A stretch of 64,000 bases of DNA from Candidatus Eremiobacteria bacterium (GCA_963758295.1 CAVWUU010000001.1:256001-320000); one strand, 5' to 3'. Positions 1 through 11,705 are shown, numbered from the stretch's first letter. Translations and numbers: made by a program. Notes: generated by a model not told the origin, from the sequence alone.

Positions 1-229
1 CAACCTGGCTGATGATCAGCACCGCTTTACGGCCGATGCGATCCGAAACGTTTCCCCAGACCGGACCGGACAACAGTTGGCAGAAGCAGAACGTGCCGAC
101 AAGCACACCGACGACTTCTGCGCTCATGCCGAAATGCGTCACGAAATACGGCAGTATCGGAATCAGCATGCTGAAGCCGACGATATCGATAAACGTGATG
201 CCGAGGATCGGTAATAACTTACGAATCAA
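1..229 (-). CDS. MFS transporter, TetA/DHA1-like (N-terminal part, runs off window start)
   Basis: Manual translation from TTG at 229: [29 protein letters not shown]...[14 protein letters not shown], with MFS motif A (GxxSDRxGRK). Start overlaps the stop of the upstream protease (TTGA). Confidence 0.85.
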   Translation of the reverse strand, partial: MIRKLLPILGITFIDIVGFSMLIPILPYFVTHFGMSAEVVGVLVGTFCFCQLLSGPVWGNVSDRIGRKAVLIISQV

Positions 230-1176
230 GCGGGAGACTCCACCGGCAAGATTATCGGCCGGAGTCGCTCGCTCTTGCGAAGGACGTCTAATTTATATGG
301 GCGGGACAAATCGATGCGCGTTAGATGCTTATGCAGCTCATCAATTCCGGTGAGACGTTCACCTTCGATAGCAAGCAAAACATCGCCCGGTTTGAGGCGC
401 GCCGTATCGGCCGGGCTTCCCGGCTCGACCGAGGCCACGAGCACGCCGCGTCCATCGGCGAGCTCGAAGCGGCGCATTGCCGCGTGTGAAAGCGCGACAT
501 CCTGTCCCGCAATGCCGAAGTAGCCGCGGCGCACTTTCCCGTGCCGCACAAGCAACCCCGCGATGTACTTTGCGGTGTTGATAGCTATCGCAAAGCACAA
601 ATTCTGGCCCGGTAGCACGGCGGTATTCACGCCGACGACGTCGCCCCGCGCATTAACAAGCGGGCCGCCGGAGTTGCCTGGATTGAGGGCCGCGTCGGTC
701 TGAATGACGTTGTCCATCAGGCGCCCGGATGGCGCACGTAGGCTGCGGCCGAGACCGCTAACTACGCCTGCCGTAACCGTGTACGCGAGCCCGAACGGGT
801 TGCCGACCGCAACGACGAGCTGTCCCGGTTTCAGCACGGACGAGTCGCCAAGTGAAGCGGGGACCAGTTCAGGCGCGTCTACGCGTACGACTGCCAGATC
901 GGTGTGCGGGTCGTTGCCGATCAGCTCGGCTTGGAGTTCCCGGCCATCGAGCAAAGCAACCGAGATCTCCTCGGCGTCGCTAACGACATGGCTGTTTGTC
1001 AGCACGAAGCCGTCGGGCGTGAAGATGAAGCCGGAACCGTTTCCACCGTTCCGGCCCGCGCGCACCTCGATCGCGACGACCGACGGGCTTACGCGCTCTG
1101 CAGCTGCGGTTACGGCTTCGGAATAGGGGTCTAGCAGCTGTTCGTGCAGCTGCGAGATTGGTCTGAGCGGGAGCAT
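226..1176 (-). CDS. HtrA/DegP-like trypsin serine protease (S1C) with PDZ domain
   Basis: TNSHV, DLAVV and GNSGGPL catalytic triad motifs; C-terminal PDZ (GSPA..A.LKPGDV). Confidence 0.93.
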   Translation of the reverse strand: MLPLRPISQLHEQLLDPYSEAVTAAAERVSPSVVAIEVRAGRNGGNGSGFIFTPDGFVLTNSHVVSDAEEISVALLDGRELQAELIGNDPHTDLAVVRVDAPELVPASLGDSSVLKPGQLVVAVGNPFGLAYTVTAGVVSGLGRSLRAPSGRLMDNVIQTDAALNPGNSGGPLVNARGDVVGVNTAVLPGQNLCFAIAINTAKYIAGLLVRHGKVRRGYFGIAGQDVALSHAAMRRFELADGRGVLVASVEPGSPADTARLKPGDVLLAIEGERLTGIDELHKHLTRIDLSRPYKLDVLRKSERLRPIILPVESPA

Positions 1177-1272
1177 CGTATCTTTCGGAAACCGGAAGGC
1201 GTACTGACGGTTGCGCAGAACTCCGTTCGGCCGCGGTCCCAGGATGCGCGCGGAATGCGCGGCCGCGGACGT

Positions 1273-1359
1273 GCTCAGGTGGCGGAATTGGTAGACGCGC
1301 TGGTTTCAGGTATCAGTGGTGGCAACATCGTGGGGGTTCGAGTCCCTTCCTGAGCACCA
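1273..1359 (+). tRNA. tRNA-Leu (anticodon CAG)
   Basis: GCTCAGG...CCTGAGC-A-CCA acceptor stem, D-loop GGAATTGGTAGAC, anticodon arm CTGGT-TTCAGGT-ATCAG, long variable arm, GTTCGAGTC T-loop. Confidence 0.96.
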
Positions 1360-1565
1360 AAGATTTAGATGTGTTTTTCGCTTTTGCGCTGTTCAATCCA
1401 AGAACTCTACGGTTTTTGGTATTGGACCATTGGCCTAAATGATGGTGCGCTCCACCATCATTGCTAATAGATCGCTGCGCTCCAATCGCCGTCCATTTAG
1501 AATAACTTCGCCGTACGTATCATCGACGATGCGTTCGCTCTCCGCGTGGACGTGAACGTGAATGC

Positions 1566-1950
1566 CTACCTCCTGCGGTCGTTTAGCTGTCCACAGAATC
1601 GCTGGGGGTTGACGCCCAAAGTGCGTAATTGCAGTGAGCGTACTCGCCTAGGTCGATGGATCGCTGCGGCACTTCGAATCCCTCGGCGTTCATAAAGGTG
1701 TCGTGAAGCGGTTTCAATCATCGGTTGAGCGTGCTCCGCACACGCCATAACGCCGGATGCAGCGTACGCTTCAATATCCGCGATTGTTCCCCAGTGCGAC
1801 TGGTGAGTTCGGCACCACCATCTGTTTGCGCCGTGGCGAAACTTGCCAGCGTTCACGAAGTCGCCCGTCGTCCACCACCGGTTGCTCGTCACCGATCTTG
1901 TCGACGTACACCTTGCGGGCCGGTTGCCGAGGCTGTTTATTGCTTCTGCT
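1566..1950 (-). pseudogene. Probable gene fragment of unknown family
   Basis: Protein-like segment DFVNAGKFRHGANRWWCRTHQSHWGTIAD...MACAEHAQPM embedded in an otherwise implausible ORF; boundaries approximate. Confidence 0.35.
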
Positions 1951-2011
1951 TTAGGAGGGCGATCTATTAGGGTTGCGTAGATCGCGCATTTGATGCTATG
2001 CTTTGTAGCAA

Positions 2012-2446
2012 ATGACACAAGCGCGGAAGATTGCCGAGATGCTGGGCGGTACGGCGGTGCTGCGGCACCATATTGTGCGCGAGGCCGACCTAGAGCAGGT
2101 TGTGCGCGCCGGCGTACCGGCCGAAGCGGTGCGCGTCCTGTCCGCCTGTACGGCGACCAACCTCAGCGAAATTCAGCAGGTCGCAAGCATCGACCGCTCC
2201 ACGTTCGCCCGCCGGGTGCGCAACCATTCGAAACTCAAGACCGACGAGTCAGACCGCATCGTACGCTTCGCACGCGTAGCAGCCCAGGCTATCGATGCGC
2301 TCGGCAAGGACGACGCGCTTGTTTGGCTCCACGAACCCAATCGCGCGCTTGGCGGTCGAACGCCGTTCGATCTGCTTGATACCGACGTTGGCACGCGGCA
2401 GGTCGAGCAAATCATCGGGCGGATCGAGCACGGAGTCTTCAGCTAG
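2012..2446 (+). CDS. Type II antitoxin, Xre/MbcA/ParS family
   Basis: Xre-like N-terminus plus C-terminal WLHEPNRALGGRTPFDLLDT...LGRIEHGVFS-type toxin-binding domain; directly upstream of a RES gene. Confidence 0.92.
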   Translation: MTQARKIAEMLGGTAVLRHHIVREADLEQVVRAGVPAEAVRVLSACTATNLSEIQQVASIDRSTFARRVRNHSKLKTDESDRIVRFARVAAQAIDALGKDDALVWLHEPNRALGGRTPFDLLDTDVGTRQVEQIIGRIEHGVFS

Positions 2447-2932
2447 TTGCGGGTCTACCGCATCTACGCGCGCAAGCATCACGACACGGCCTTTACCGGC
2501 GAAGGCGCCCGAAGATATGGCGGGCGGTGGAATTCGCCGGGTACACCGGTAGTCTACGTCGCGACGTCGTTCGCCCTGGGCCTGCTTGAGGTGATGGCGA
2601 ACGCGACGGGCACGCGGATCCCGCCGGGAATGGTGTACAGCACCGTGGATATCCCCGACGACGTCGCTGTGGAGACGCTCGATAGCGCGACCCTGGCCCA
2701 CAATTGGCACGAATCACCGGCCCCGCCCGAATTGCAGGCGGCCGGTGATGCGTGGGTTCGCCGCAGCGATACCGTGGCGCTCATCGTGCCTAGCGCGATC
2801 GCGCGCATCGAGCAGAACGTGCTGCTAAACCCAGCGCATCCCGGCTTTGCGCGCTTGATGATCCGCGATCCAATCGACATTCCGGTCGACCGCCGTCTGG
2901 CTGCACCCGCCCGACGCAAGAAATCTCGCTAG
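2447..2932 (+). CDS. RES-domain toxin (MbcT/ParT-like NAD+-consuming enzyme)
   Basis: GEGARRYGGRWNSPG, LLEV and VPSA supply the R/E/S residues; TTG start directly after the antitoxin stop. Confidence 0.92.
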   Translation: MRVYRIYARKHHDTAFTGEGARRYGGRWNSPGTPVVYVATSFALGLLEVMANATGTRIPPGMVYSTVDIPDDVAVETLDSATLAHNWHESPAPPELQAAGDAWVRRSDTVALIVPSAIARIEQNVLLNPAHPGFARLMIRDPIDIPVDRRLAAPARRKKSR

Positions 2933-3502
2933 AAAAGCTCGGTTATAGGCCACGGCGCTGCTCGAAAGACCTCGGTGCCCGGGTTTTTGGAATTCGTGGC
3001 GCCGGTTTTCGGTTTTCCGAATTCATGGCAAGGAAAGCGCGTTTTTGGTACTGAGCCCCAAAGATGCATAAAGCGATAAGAATGCTTGTTTCAGATTTAT
3101 TGCGGCCAAAGCGATAAATTGAAAATGCATCTTGTAGCTTCGCAGGAATTCAAAACACGACAGACGCCGCGCAAACGAGCGTAAAAAGAAAAAAGAGGTC
3201 GGCAATCTTGCGGGCCTCTTTCGTTATCAGGCAGCCAACGGTCGGGCGTGGTAACAATCGCAGGTTTCTCGGTCATGAGTGCCTTGCGCCCGACGTTGCA
3301 AAGAACTTCCGGAAGCGACGTTGCGGGGCTTATCGATCGCATCCTGTGCGAGCGAGCGTGACCTCGATATATTTGTTGTGATAACGGCCTAGCGTTCGTC
3401 TCGAAAGCTGTCGATACGTGGGCGTATTGCAACAAGTCGAGCTCGACTAATTCACGACCCGACGATGCCGTCCGGCCGTACGCGCGCGTCTTGTGATTCG
3501 AT

Positions 3503-5502
3503 CTAGCGAGCCTTGAAGATAACGACGTCGTCGCCGTAGGGGTAACCGATTTGGAAGTTGCCCCCGGCGGCGACGGCAATGTATTGCTGCCCGTTGACGG
3601 AGTACGTGATCGGCGGCGCGTTGACGCCGGCGCCTAAATTGTAGCGCCACAAGCGGCGCCCGTCATGCGCGTCGAACGCATCAAACCAGCCGTCACCCTC
3701 GCCCATGAACGCAAGACCGCCGGCGGTAACGAGTGCGCCGCCCATCAGTGGTTGCGGCGTGATCGCTTTCCATGCAACTTTTCCGGTGTCGACGTTGACC
3801 GCGACAAAGCGGCCGTCTTGCACGCCGCCAGCCGCGACATTGGTGAACGCGCTGCCCAAGCGAATGTGACCCGTTGCGGCGTTTGCCTCTCCGGTCGTGA
3901 AATTCATCAATTGGTCCATGCCGAGGATGTACACGAGATGCGTTTGGGCGAGTACGCGGCCGGCGACCACTCAGCGCCGCCGTTTGCGCCCGGAAGCATC
4001 TTCACACCCGTACGCGTCGGTTGCGAGAACATGTTCTTCGTCATGCGTACGTAGGGTTCGGACCGGCGAATCAGTGCGCCGGTTTGACGATTTACGATAA
4101 AGAACCAGCCCACTTTTCCGGCTTCACCCGCAGCGGGAATCGTCTTGCCGTTCATAGTGACGTCGAATAGCAAAACCGGGCTTACCGCGTCGTAATCCCA
4201 AACGTCGTGTTTGACTTCTTGATAACCCCACTTGAATTGTCCGTTACGTGCGTCGAGGGCAACGATGGAATCGCTCCAGTGATTGTCGCCTTTCCGGCCC
4301 GCGCCGTTCAGGTCAGGATTGGGATTGCCCGTAGAGAAGATCAACAAGTTGCGTTGCGTGTCGATGGCAGGCGTCGTCCAAACCATTGCGCCGCCGTACT
4401 TCCACGAATCGCCGGAGTACGTACGCGGGTCGGTTGAATACCAGCGCCAGCGTTGCTTTCCGGTGTGGGCGTCGTAGGAGGCAACGAAGCCGCGCAACGC
4501 CCATTCCCCGCCGGCGCTGCCCACGATGATGCTGCCGTTGTAGACGACCGGCGCCATCGTCTCTGAATATCCGCCCGCAGCGTCCGTAATGGTAGTGATC
4601 CACCGTTGTTGTCCCGTGCGCGCGTCAAGCGCAATGAGCTTATCGTCAAGCGTCACGAAATAGATCATCCCGTAAGCCGCGGCTGCGCCTCGATTCACCG
4701 GGCCGCAGCAGATTTGAAACGATCCAAGCGTGTAGGTGGTTTCCCAATACCGCATCCCGGTCGCGGCATTAACCGCCATGACTTTCATTTTATCATTCAC
4801 GACCGGGGTGGTGATGTACATGACGCCGTCGCTTACGAGCGGCGTCGTTTCAAAGCTGGCAGCGAAACCGGTTTGGATAATCGCGACCGGCGCGAGCGAT
4901 TGCACGTTAGCGGTGTTGATTTGTGAAAGTCCCGAGTACCGATCGTTATCGTACGTCCGGCCGTCGATTAGCCAATTCGCATCGTCGTTTCGCGCAGACC
5001 GCATCATCTCGTCGGTTACGCCTATGCGCGCGTTCGTCGGAATGCCGGCGAAACGGGCCGTAGCAGCCGTGGCCGTGCGTACGATTTCGTTGGTGCCTTG
5101 ACTGCCCGGCGCCGGCGTTCCGGTCGTCGCTCCCGACTTGCCGGTGGCACCGCCCCCGATGCGCGAATTTTGCGCCAAGATGTACGCCGTTACGTTGGCA
5201 TACTCGCTCGAGCTCAAGCTCCCGGGTGCGTTTGCCGGCATCTGCGTGTGAATGAAGGTATAGAGTCGTTGCGCGGTGGGATAGGCTTTATTGAAAGAAC
5301 TTCCCATCAAGGTCGGTCCGGACTCGCCTTTTAACGTAGCGCCGTGACATTGCGAGCAATGTTGCTGATAAACGGTCGCGCCGGCACTCGCTTGCGAAGC
5401 CGTGTACGTGGTTGCTGCTCCGTGTGAAGTCGCGATCGAAAACAACGAAAGAAGAACAGCCGACAGAGCAAAACCGCCCCACCGTGCGATTGACTGGTAC
5501 AT
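3503..5502 (-). CDS. PQQ-dependent alcohol dehydrogenase with N-terminal cytochrome c domain (single frameshift near 3943-3948)
   Basis: Signal peptide, CSQCH heme motif, vicinal CC (ICCGPVNRG), WDYD and W-docking PQQ repeats. ORFs 3907-5559 and 3503-3970 join at a CCC/AAA run. Likely start ATG 5502. Confidence 0.88.
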
Positions 5503-5592
5503 GCGTGCACCCCCGGTCGAGCAATATACGTTGTATATGCCCCGTGCGTGAAACCGCATGCAGCAACGTGCGGTTATTGTTCGCTACATAGC

Positions 5593-6117
5593 ATGAAATA
5601 CGGCTGGCAAGCGTTTGAAACGGCCATAGGAACTTGCGCCATCGCATGGTCCGGCGAGGGTATTACGGGAGTGGCGCTTCCGGAACGGCGAGGCTTCGCC
5701 GGAGAGCGGGTTGCATCGCAATTTGCGGGCGCCCAAGAAGCGTCGGCGCCGCCGCGAGAACGGCGGGCGATCGAGCTTATCATCGCGCTTTTCCGGGCCG
5801 AACGGCCGGATCTTTCGACAGTCATTCTGGATATGGCCAATGTTCCAACGTTCAACCGGCGCGTCTACGAAGTAACGCGGGCGATTCCGCCGGGAACGAC
5901 GCGAACCTACGGCGAGGTTGCACGCGAGATCGGCGATCCGGGCGCATCGCGCGCTGTCGGGCGGGCGCTCGGCGAGAATCCGTTTCCGATTATCGTGCCG
6001 TGCCATCGCGTTCTCGCGGCCGGCGGAAAGAGCGGCGGGTTCTCCGGTCCCGGCGGTGTTGTTACCAAGTTCCAAATGCTGTCATTCGAAGGCGACGGCA
6101 CGTTTCGGTTCGAGTGA
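5593..6117 (+). CDS. ogt: Methylated-DNA--protein-cysteine S-methyltransferase
   Basis: IPPG..RTYGEVA, RAVGRAL..NP and IVPCHRV active-site motif. Confidence 0.93.
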   Translation: MKYGWQAFETAIGTCAIAWSGEGITGVALPERRGFAGERVASQFAGAQEASAPPRERRAIELIIALFRAERPDLSTVILDMANVPTFNRRVYEVTRAIPPGTTRTYGEVAREIGDPGASRAVGRALGENPFPIIVPCHRVLAAGGKSGGFSGPGGVVTKFQMLSFEGDGTFRFE

Positions 6118-6180
6118 CGGCCGCAGCAAAACCTATTCCGGCCAAAGGATTTTCGCGACCCTAGCGCGCGATAGAGCGCC

Positions 6181-9100
6181 ATGAAGCGCTTATTGGCTGC
6201 CGTTCTTATGGCCACGCTCCTTTCGCCGATTGCTGCGCAGGGCGCCGAAACAATTTCACCGGCGCAAGAACTCATGAGCAAGCTGCAGTGGCGAAGCATC
6301 GGGCCGTACATCGGCGGACGCGTTGTGGCCATTGCCGGCGTCCCGACCGATCCCGACCTCTTCTATATGGGCGGCGTTCAGGGCGGTATTTGGAAAAGCA
6401 CCAACTACGGCCAGAACTGGACTAATATCAGCGACGGCCGGCTGCCCCGCACGGCGACATCGATAGGCGCGCTTGCGGTCGCTCCGTCGAATTCAAAGAT
6501 CATTTACGCCGGTACCGGCGAGGCGGACATTCGCCAAGATTTCGATACGGGAAGCGGTATCTATAAGAGCGCCGATGCCGGAAAGACGTGGAAATATGCG
6601 GGTTTGAGCGAGACGCGCAGCACAACGTCGCTGGCGATCGATCCTCGCAATCCCGACGTCGTGTATGCATCGTCGATGGGCCACGTTTTCAAACCGAACT
6701 CCGAGCGCGGCATCTTCAAAACCATCGACGGCGGTAAGACGTGGAAGAAGATTCTTTTCGTCGACGACAAGACGGGCGGCGTGCAAGTCGTGATGGATCC
6801 GAACGATCCGAACGTGCTATACGCCGCGATGTGGCAGGCGCAGCGCCTTCCATGGACGCTTACCAGCGGCGGCCCGGGCAGTGGCTTGTACAAAACGAGC
6901 GACGGCGGCGCGCGCTGGAGGAAAATCTCGAATAATCCCGGCTTCGCAACCGGAATGCTCGGAAAAATCGGCGTTGCCGTGTCGGCGAAAAACTCGCGTA
7001 TCGTCTATGCCATGGCGCAGGCGGCAGACGGCGGCGTCTTTCGCTCGAGCGACGGCGGCGCGACATGGTCCCACGTCAATCGCGAGATGAAGTTGCGACA
7101 ACGCGCCTTCTATTACACCGCCATCTTTGCCGATCCGACGAACACCGAGATCGCTTACGCGCCGCAAGTTGACGGCGTGTACAAGACCAAAGACGGCGGC
7201 AAAACCTGGAAGGCCTTCACGCCCTCGCGGCGACCACCACATCATTTGGGTGAATCCGTCCCATCCTAAGATTCTCTTGCTCGGCAATGACGGCGGCGCC
7301 CAGGTTTCGGTCGACGGCGGAAAAACGTGGAGCACGGAAAACAATCAGCCGACGGGGCAGTTCTATCACGTCGCATTGGACGATCAATTTCCGTTCCACG
7401 TTTACGGCGCGCAGCAGGACGAAGGCGCGTACGAGGGTCCGAGCGCGACGCCGAACGGCGGCATCGGCATCGGCGACTGGCATACGGTGGCGCTCGGTGA
7501 AAGCACCTTCGTTGCGCCCGAGCCGGGCGATTCAAACGTTACGTACGGCAGCGGCTATTTCACCTCGCTTGCGCGCCTCGACATGAGCCTCGGACAGTGG
7601 GCCAACGTTACGCCGTGGCCGCTTTACCAGTCCGGCGCACCGGCCTCGGAAATGAAATATCGCTTCGGATGGACGCACCCGATTTTCTTCTCGCCCTCAA
7701 ACCCGAACGAGTTGCTCGTTGCGGCACAGAACGTGTTCTCGAGTACCGACCACGGACGTACGTGGAAGATTATCAGCCCGGATTTAACGCGTAACGACAA
7801 GAGCACTGAAGGGCCGAGCGGCGGACCGATCAGCTACGACATCACCGGTGCGGAAACGTTTCCCGATCTCGCCTCGCTCGCGGTTTCACCCGTCAACGGC
7901 GACGTGTTGTGGGCGGGATCGGCCGATGGTCTCGTTCACGTAACGACCGATCACGGTGCGAACTGGAAGCTCGTGACGCCGCCGCAATTGCCGCAATGGG
8001 CGCAAATCAGTTCGATCGAGCCGTCGCACACCGCACCGGGAACCGCGTTTCTTTCGGCGTCGCGTTTTCAATGGGACGACTACCGTCCATACGTTTATGC
8101 GACGACGGATTACGGCGCCCATTGGAGTACCTTGACCGGCGGTTTACCGGACGACCAGTACGTGCACGTGGTACGCCAAGATCCGCGCGAGCCGCGCTTG
8201 CTTTTTGCCGGAACGCGCAGCACGGTTTACGTAAGTTTGAACGGCGGCGCCCAGTGGCAGGCGCTGACGCTCAATCTACCCGGCGTTCAGGTTCGCGACT
8301 TAGCGGTTAATGCACGACAAGGCGATCTGGTCGCTGCAACCCATGGCCGCGCGTTTTGGGTTCTCGACAATCTCTCGTTGCTGGAGCAGCTTGCCCGTCA
8401 AACGCAACACAGTGTCGCCGGCGCACAGCTCTTTGCCCCGGAAACGGCGTGGTTAACGCACGCCTACGGTGGCGGCGGCGGTGACGGCACCGGTGAGAAC
8501 CCGAAGTACGGCGCGACCGTATTCTTCAACATTCCGCGCAGCTACGACGGCAGAACGCCCGTCGAGTTGTCATTCCTTGACGGCAAGAACGAGACGATCC
8601 GCAGCTATGCACTTCATCTGAAGGCGAAACACGAGAAGAAATTCTCGAGCGAACAAAGGGAAGACCTCGATGCCAACCAGCAAAACGCGCTCGTTTTGCG
8701 GGAAGCAACGACGATCCAAGGCGGTATGAACGCGTTCCAATGGGACATGCGCTATGCCCCGGCGGCCGACGTGCCCGGTTTTCGTACGCTCGGAACGGAC
8801 GATTTCCCGGACACCTCCGATGGTCCCACGATTCTGCCCGGAACATACACCGTGGTATTGCAGTACGGCGAAAAGCGCATGACTCAGCCGTTAACGGTCC
8901 AGCTCGATCCGCGTCTCCATCCCGCGACAGGCGATCTTGAAGCGCGTCTTGCGTTGGAAACACAAATTCATGCGACGATTGACGACCTCGATAAAACGAT
9001 TAGTGCCGCCATGGCGGCTCGCGAGCGAGCCTCCGGCCTTAAGCGCAAGCAGCTCGATCGCGAAATCGGCAATCTGGTGCAGCTCGACATCCACTCGAGC

Positions 9101-9271
9101 GAAGCCGACACGATGCAGGAGACAAAGCTGCGCGAGGAACTAGCCTTCCTGGGTAACTCGCTCGAGAACGCGTACGAACGTCCGACGGCCGTCGATTATA
9201 CGACGTACGACGATCTTCGTGCCCAAGCCACTGCGGGCATCGAACGGTTGCGCGCGCTCATGGCGCATTAG
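6181..9271 (+). CDS. Secreted VPS10/BNR-repeat beta-propeller glycosyl hydrolase-like protein (single frameshift near 7222-7224)
   Basis: Signal peptide, WRSIGP..GGRV start, many S/T-x-D-G-G-x-T-W Asp-box repeats continuing across two overlapping ORFs. Confidence 0.85.
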
Positions 9272-9281
9272 CAGCCGCCCG

Positions 9282-9716
9282 CTACGTGGAGAGCAAGCGA
9301 TTGAAAAATGCGCGATATCGCTGCAATGCGACGCGCAAAGCTTCCGTATCGACGTTGCCCCCTTGCCATTGCTGTTCGAGTGTCGAACGCTCGCGAGAGA
9401 ACGTTTGCGTCAGTTCGTCGACGAGCTGCGATACAAGATTCTGTGCTTTCTCGACGGCTGACTGCGGATCGTCGACGAATTGCGCCTGCACGTCGTTCCA
9501 GCGATCGCGCAGGCCGTCCATGCGATCCTGCGGTAAGAAGTTCTCTTGGTTGCTCCCGGAGGCGACGTCCCGGCCGCTTTGCGCTGCGGCGCTTTCGTTG
9601 CGGACGTCATCGACGTCGGGACGAGGCGGGTTAGCGCCGGCAGTGTCGATGCTTCCGCGTTCGACCGGAGCCGCTTGCCGTGTGGTATCGGCAGGCATGT
9701 TGGCATCTTGATTCAT
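9282..9716 (-). CDS. Hypothetical protein, paralogous domain to 9713-10273
   Basis: WNDVQAQFVDDP...TEALRVALQRYRAFFNRLL; start overlaps the upstream stop. Confidence 0.75.
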   Translation of the reverse strand: MNQDANMPADTTRQAAPVERGSIDTAGANPPRPDVDDVRNESAAAQSGRDVASGSNQENFLPQDRMDGLRDRWNDVQAQFVDDPQSAVEKAQNLVSQLVDELTQTFSRERSTLEQQWQGGNVDTEALRVALQRYRAFFNRLLST

Positions 9717-10273
9717 GAGTCGCGCCTTTCATTGGTCCCGAGCAAGTCGTCGAACAGAGTTCTATAGTGAATCATGGCTTGACGTAAGTCTTCCGTACTC
9801 GCTTGACCTGTTTCGCTGCGCTGCGCGATGTTGTGTGCTGCGCGGTAGTTGTCGACGACCGCCGGGTGATCGGGAGATATATCGGCAGCGCGTTGATCGA
9901 AGTCGTCCACCGGGTAACCGCGATCCCGCATCACGCTGTTCACGAGCCGGTCCGCCTCTACCAGTGCCGTACGCGGCTGATCGACGAAGTGCGTTTGCAC
10001 GGTCATCCACTCTTCGGTGTACCGGTTCTTTGCGCCGGGCGGAAGCTCTTCGATATGCATGCGGCGAACGCGTTGTTCGCGTGCGTGAAGTTCCTTTTCG
10101 GCGGCGTCGCGGTCGCCGGCCGCTTTGACCGTGCGCTCGTACTCCGGACCGAAGCGGTGTTGTAAAGCGCGCGATCTATTTCGACGTTGCGCGGCAACGG
10201 CAATTGCCACGATGATGGCGATGACGATGATTGCCCCGATGACGTACACTGCCGTTTGATTTGAAGCGTTCAT
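9713..10273 (-). CDS. Membrane-anchored hypothetical protein
   Basis: N-terminal TM helix, RFGPEYER, WMTVQTHFVDQP...TEDLRQAMIHYRTLFDDLL. Confidence 0.8.
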   Translation of the reverse strand: MNASNQTAVYVIGAIIVIAIIVAIAVAAQRRNRSRALQHRFGPEYERTVKAAGDRDAAEKELHAREQRVRRMHIEELPPGAKNRYTEEWMTVQTHFVDQPRTALVEADRLVNSVMRDRGYPVDDFDQRAADISPDHPAVVDNYRAAHNIAQRSETGQASTEDLRQAMIHYRTLFDDLLGTNERRDS

Positions 10274-10493
10274 TTGCGGAGCCTCACATTGAAATATTTG
10301 TGTGTGCGGCTTACCCGTGGCCCGACGGGGTCAATCCGGGGCGTTAGCAAAAAGCACGCAAGCGCTGCTTGGCCTAAGCAGAACCGAAGGCGACAAGGCG
10401 GCCGCCGTGCCGGGGCCTTATTTTTCACACTTTCCTCACTTCTGCGCCGTAAAGCGAGTATATCCAACCGCTTCAGGAGTGCAGAGGTGCCTT

Positions 10494-11672
10494 ATGTCAC
10501 GTTACGTCTTCCATACCGGTGCGGCGGCCGGTCTTGCCGTCGTACTGCTCGTTCTTGCCGGCTGCGGCGGCGCCGGAACATCGTCGACTAGTGATTCCAT
10601 GCCCGCGACATCGCCGGCTCAACAAGTGCCCATGGCATCCGGCGACACCACGCAAAGTTTGCGACTGCAAGCCGTAGACACAACCTCAATGCTAAAGACG
10701 CTCGACGACGAAGTGCCGATCGGCTCTACCGTCGTCGCGAACGGCGAACAGAATCCGTACGGCCTCGATGTAGCTAAAGTCTCCAGCGGAGAACTTACTG
10801 CGGGCGATTTGGTCATCTGCGATTTCAACGACAAAGCTAACGTTCAAGGGACCGGATCGACGATCGTCGCGCTTCATCCGGTCGAAGAAAATAAGCCGCG
10901 GCTCATCGCGCACGCATCGGATTTACTCGGCTGCGACGCGCTGGCTCTTGGTCCAAACGACGAAATATGGACCGCCAACTTTGCCTCAAACACCAACACG
11001 CTGGTTTCGCCGTCGGGACACATCGATCGAACGATGGACGGACATCCATTCGCCCATCCATTCGGCGAAGCGTTCGCGCCGTTCGACGGAAAATTCGGCG
11101 TCGCGGCGTTCTATGTGAGCAATGCCGGTGACGGCTCGATCTTGCGAATCAATATTTCGGCTCAGCACACATTGAGCGTGCAGACGATAGCCGAAGGTTT
11201 TGCCGTAAATCACGGTGCTCCCGGAAGTATTCTCGGTCCCTCGGGATTGCAATACGACCTGAAAAACGATCGGTTATACGTCGTCGATGGAACGAATAAC
11301 ACCGTCGTAATGCTGCAGCATGTCTCGACGATCGGCGAGGCCGGTATCTTCGTCAAGCCCGGCGGCAAGACGTTCGCCGGCGTTTCGGCCGCTTTAGGGA
11401 AAACGATTTTTGCCGGCGCGCCGTTAAACGGCCCCATCAGTTCGGCGCTGCTTCCAAACGGAAATCTCGTGATCGGAAATACGCTGGATCCGGACGGAAA
11501 GAACTTGATGGCCGAAATAACGCCGCTCGGCCAACTGCTCGCGGTACGAAACGTTGACAACGGCGCGGCCGGAGCGATATTCGGAATGGTAGCTACCGGC
11601 ACGAGCGACTTCAATACCAAAATCTATTTCAACGACGACAACGCAAACTTCTTAGAAGTGCTCGAGCGCTAG
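10494..11672 (+). CDS. Lipoprotein, probable NHL-like beta-propeller
   Basis: Likely start ATG 10494 after GAGG; lipobox LAGC; NPYGL, GPSGL and RLYVVDG blade-like motifs. Confidence 0.7.
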   Translation: MSRYVFHTGAAAGLAVVLLVLAGCGGAGTSSTSDSMPATSPAQQVPMASGDTTQSLRLQAVDTTSMLKTLDDEVPIGSTVVANGEQNPYGLDVAKVSSGELTAGDLVICDFNDKANVQGTGSTIVALHPVEENKPRLIAHASDLLGCDALALGPNDEIWTANFASNTNTLVSPSGHIDRTMDGHPFAHPFGEAFAPFDGKFGVAAFYVSNAGDGSILRINISAQHTLSVQTIAEGFAVNHGAPGSILGPSGLQYDLKNDRLYVVDGTNNTVVMLQHVSTIGEAGIFVKPGGKTFAGVSAALGKTIFAGAPLNGPISSALLPNGNLVIGNTLDPDGKNLMAEITPLGQLLAVRNVDNGAAGAIFGMVATGTSDFNTKIYFNDDNANFLEVLER

Positions 11673-11705
11673 GAAGCGCAAGCGTGCGCCGTTGAAGCGT
11701 CAGCG

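Larger units (their letters stand above)
1350..3065. mobile_element. Degenerate tRNA-anchored genomic islet bounded by a 15-nt imperfect direct repeat
   Basis: CTGAGCACCAAAGAT (1350-1364, tRNA 3' end) recurs as CTGAGCCCCAAAGAT (3051-3065). Flanks look AT-richer, cargo is a TA pair, and no integrase is present. Confidence 0.5.

Noticed and set aside
2933..3500. ORFs 3023-3205 and 3097-3579
   Set aside because: Atypical composition with no motifs or RBS. Treated as non-coding or decayed sequence with an imperfect terminator-like hairpin near 3192-3221.
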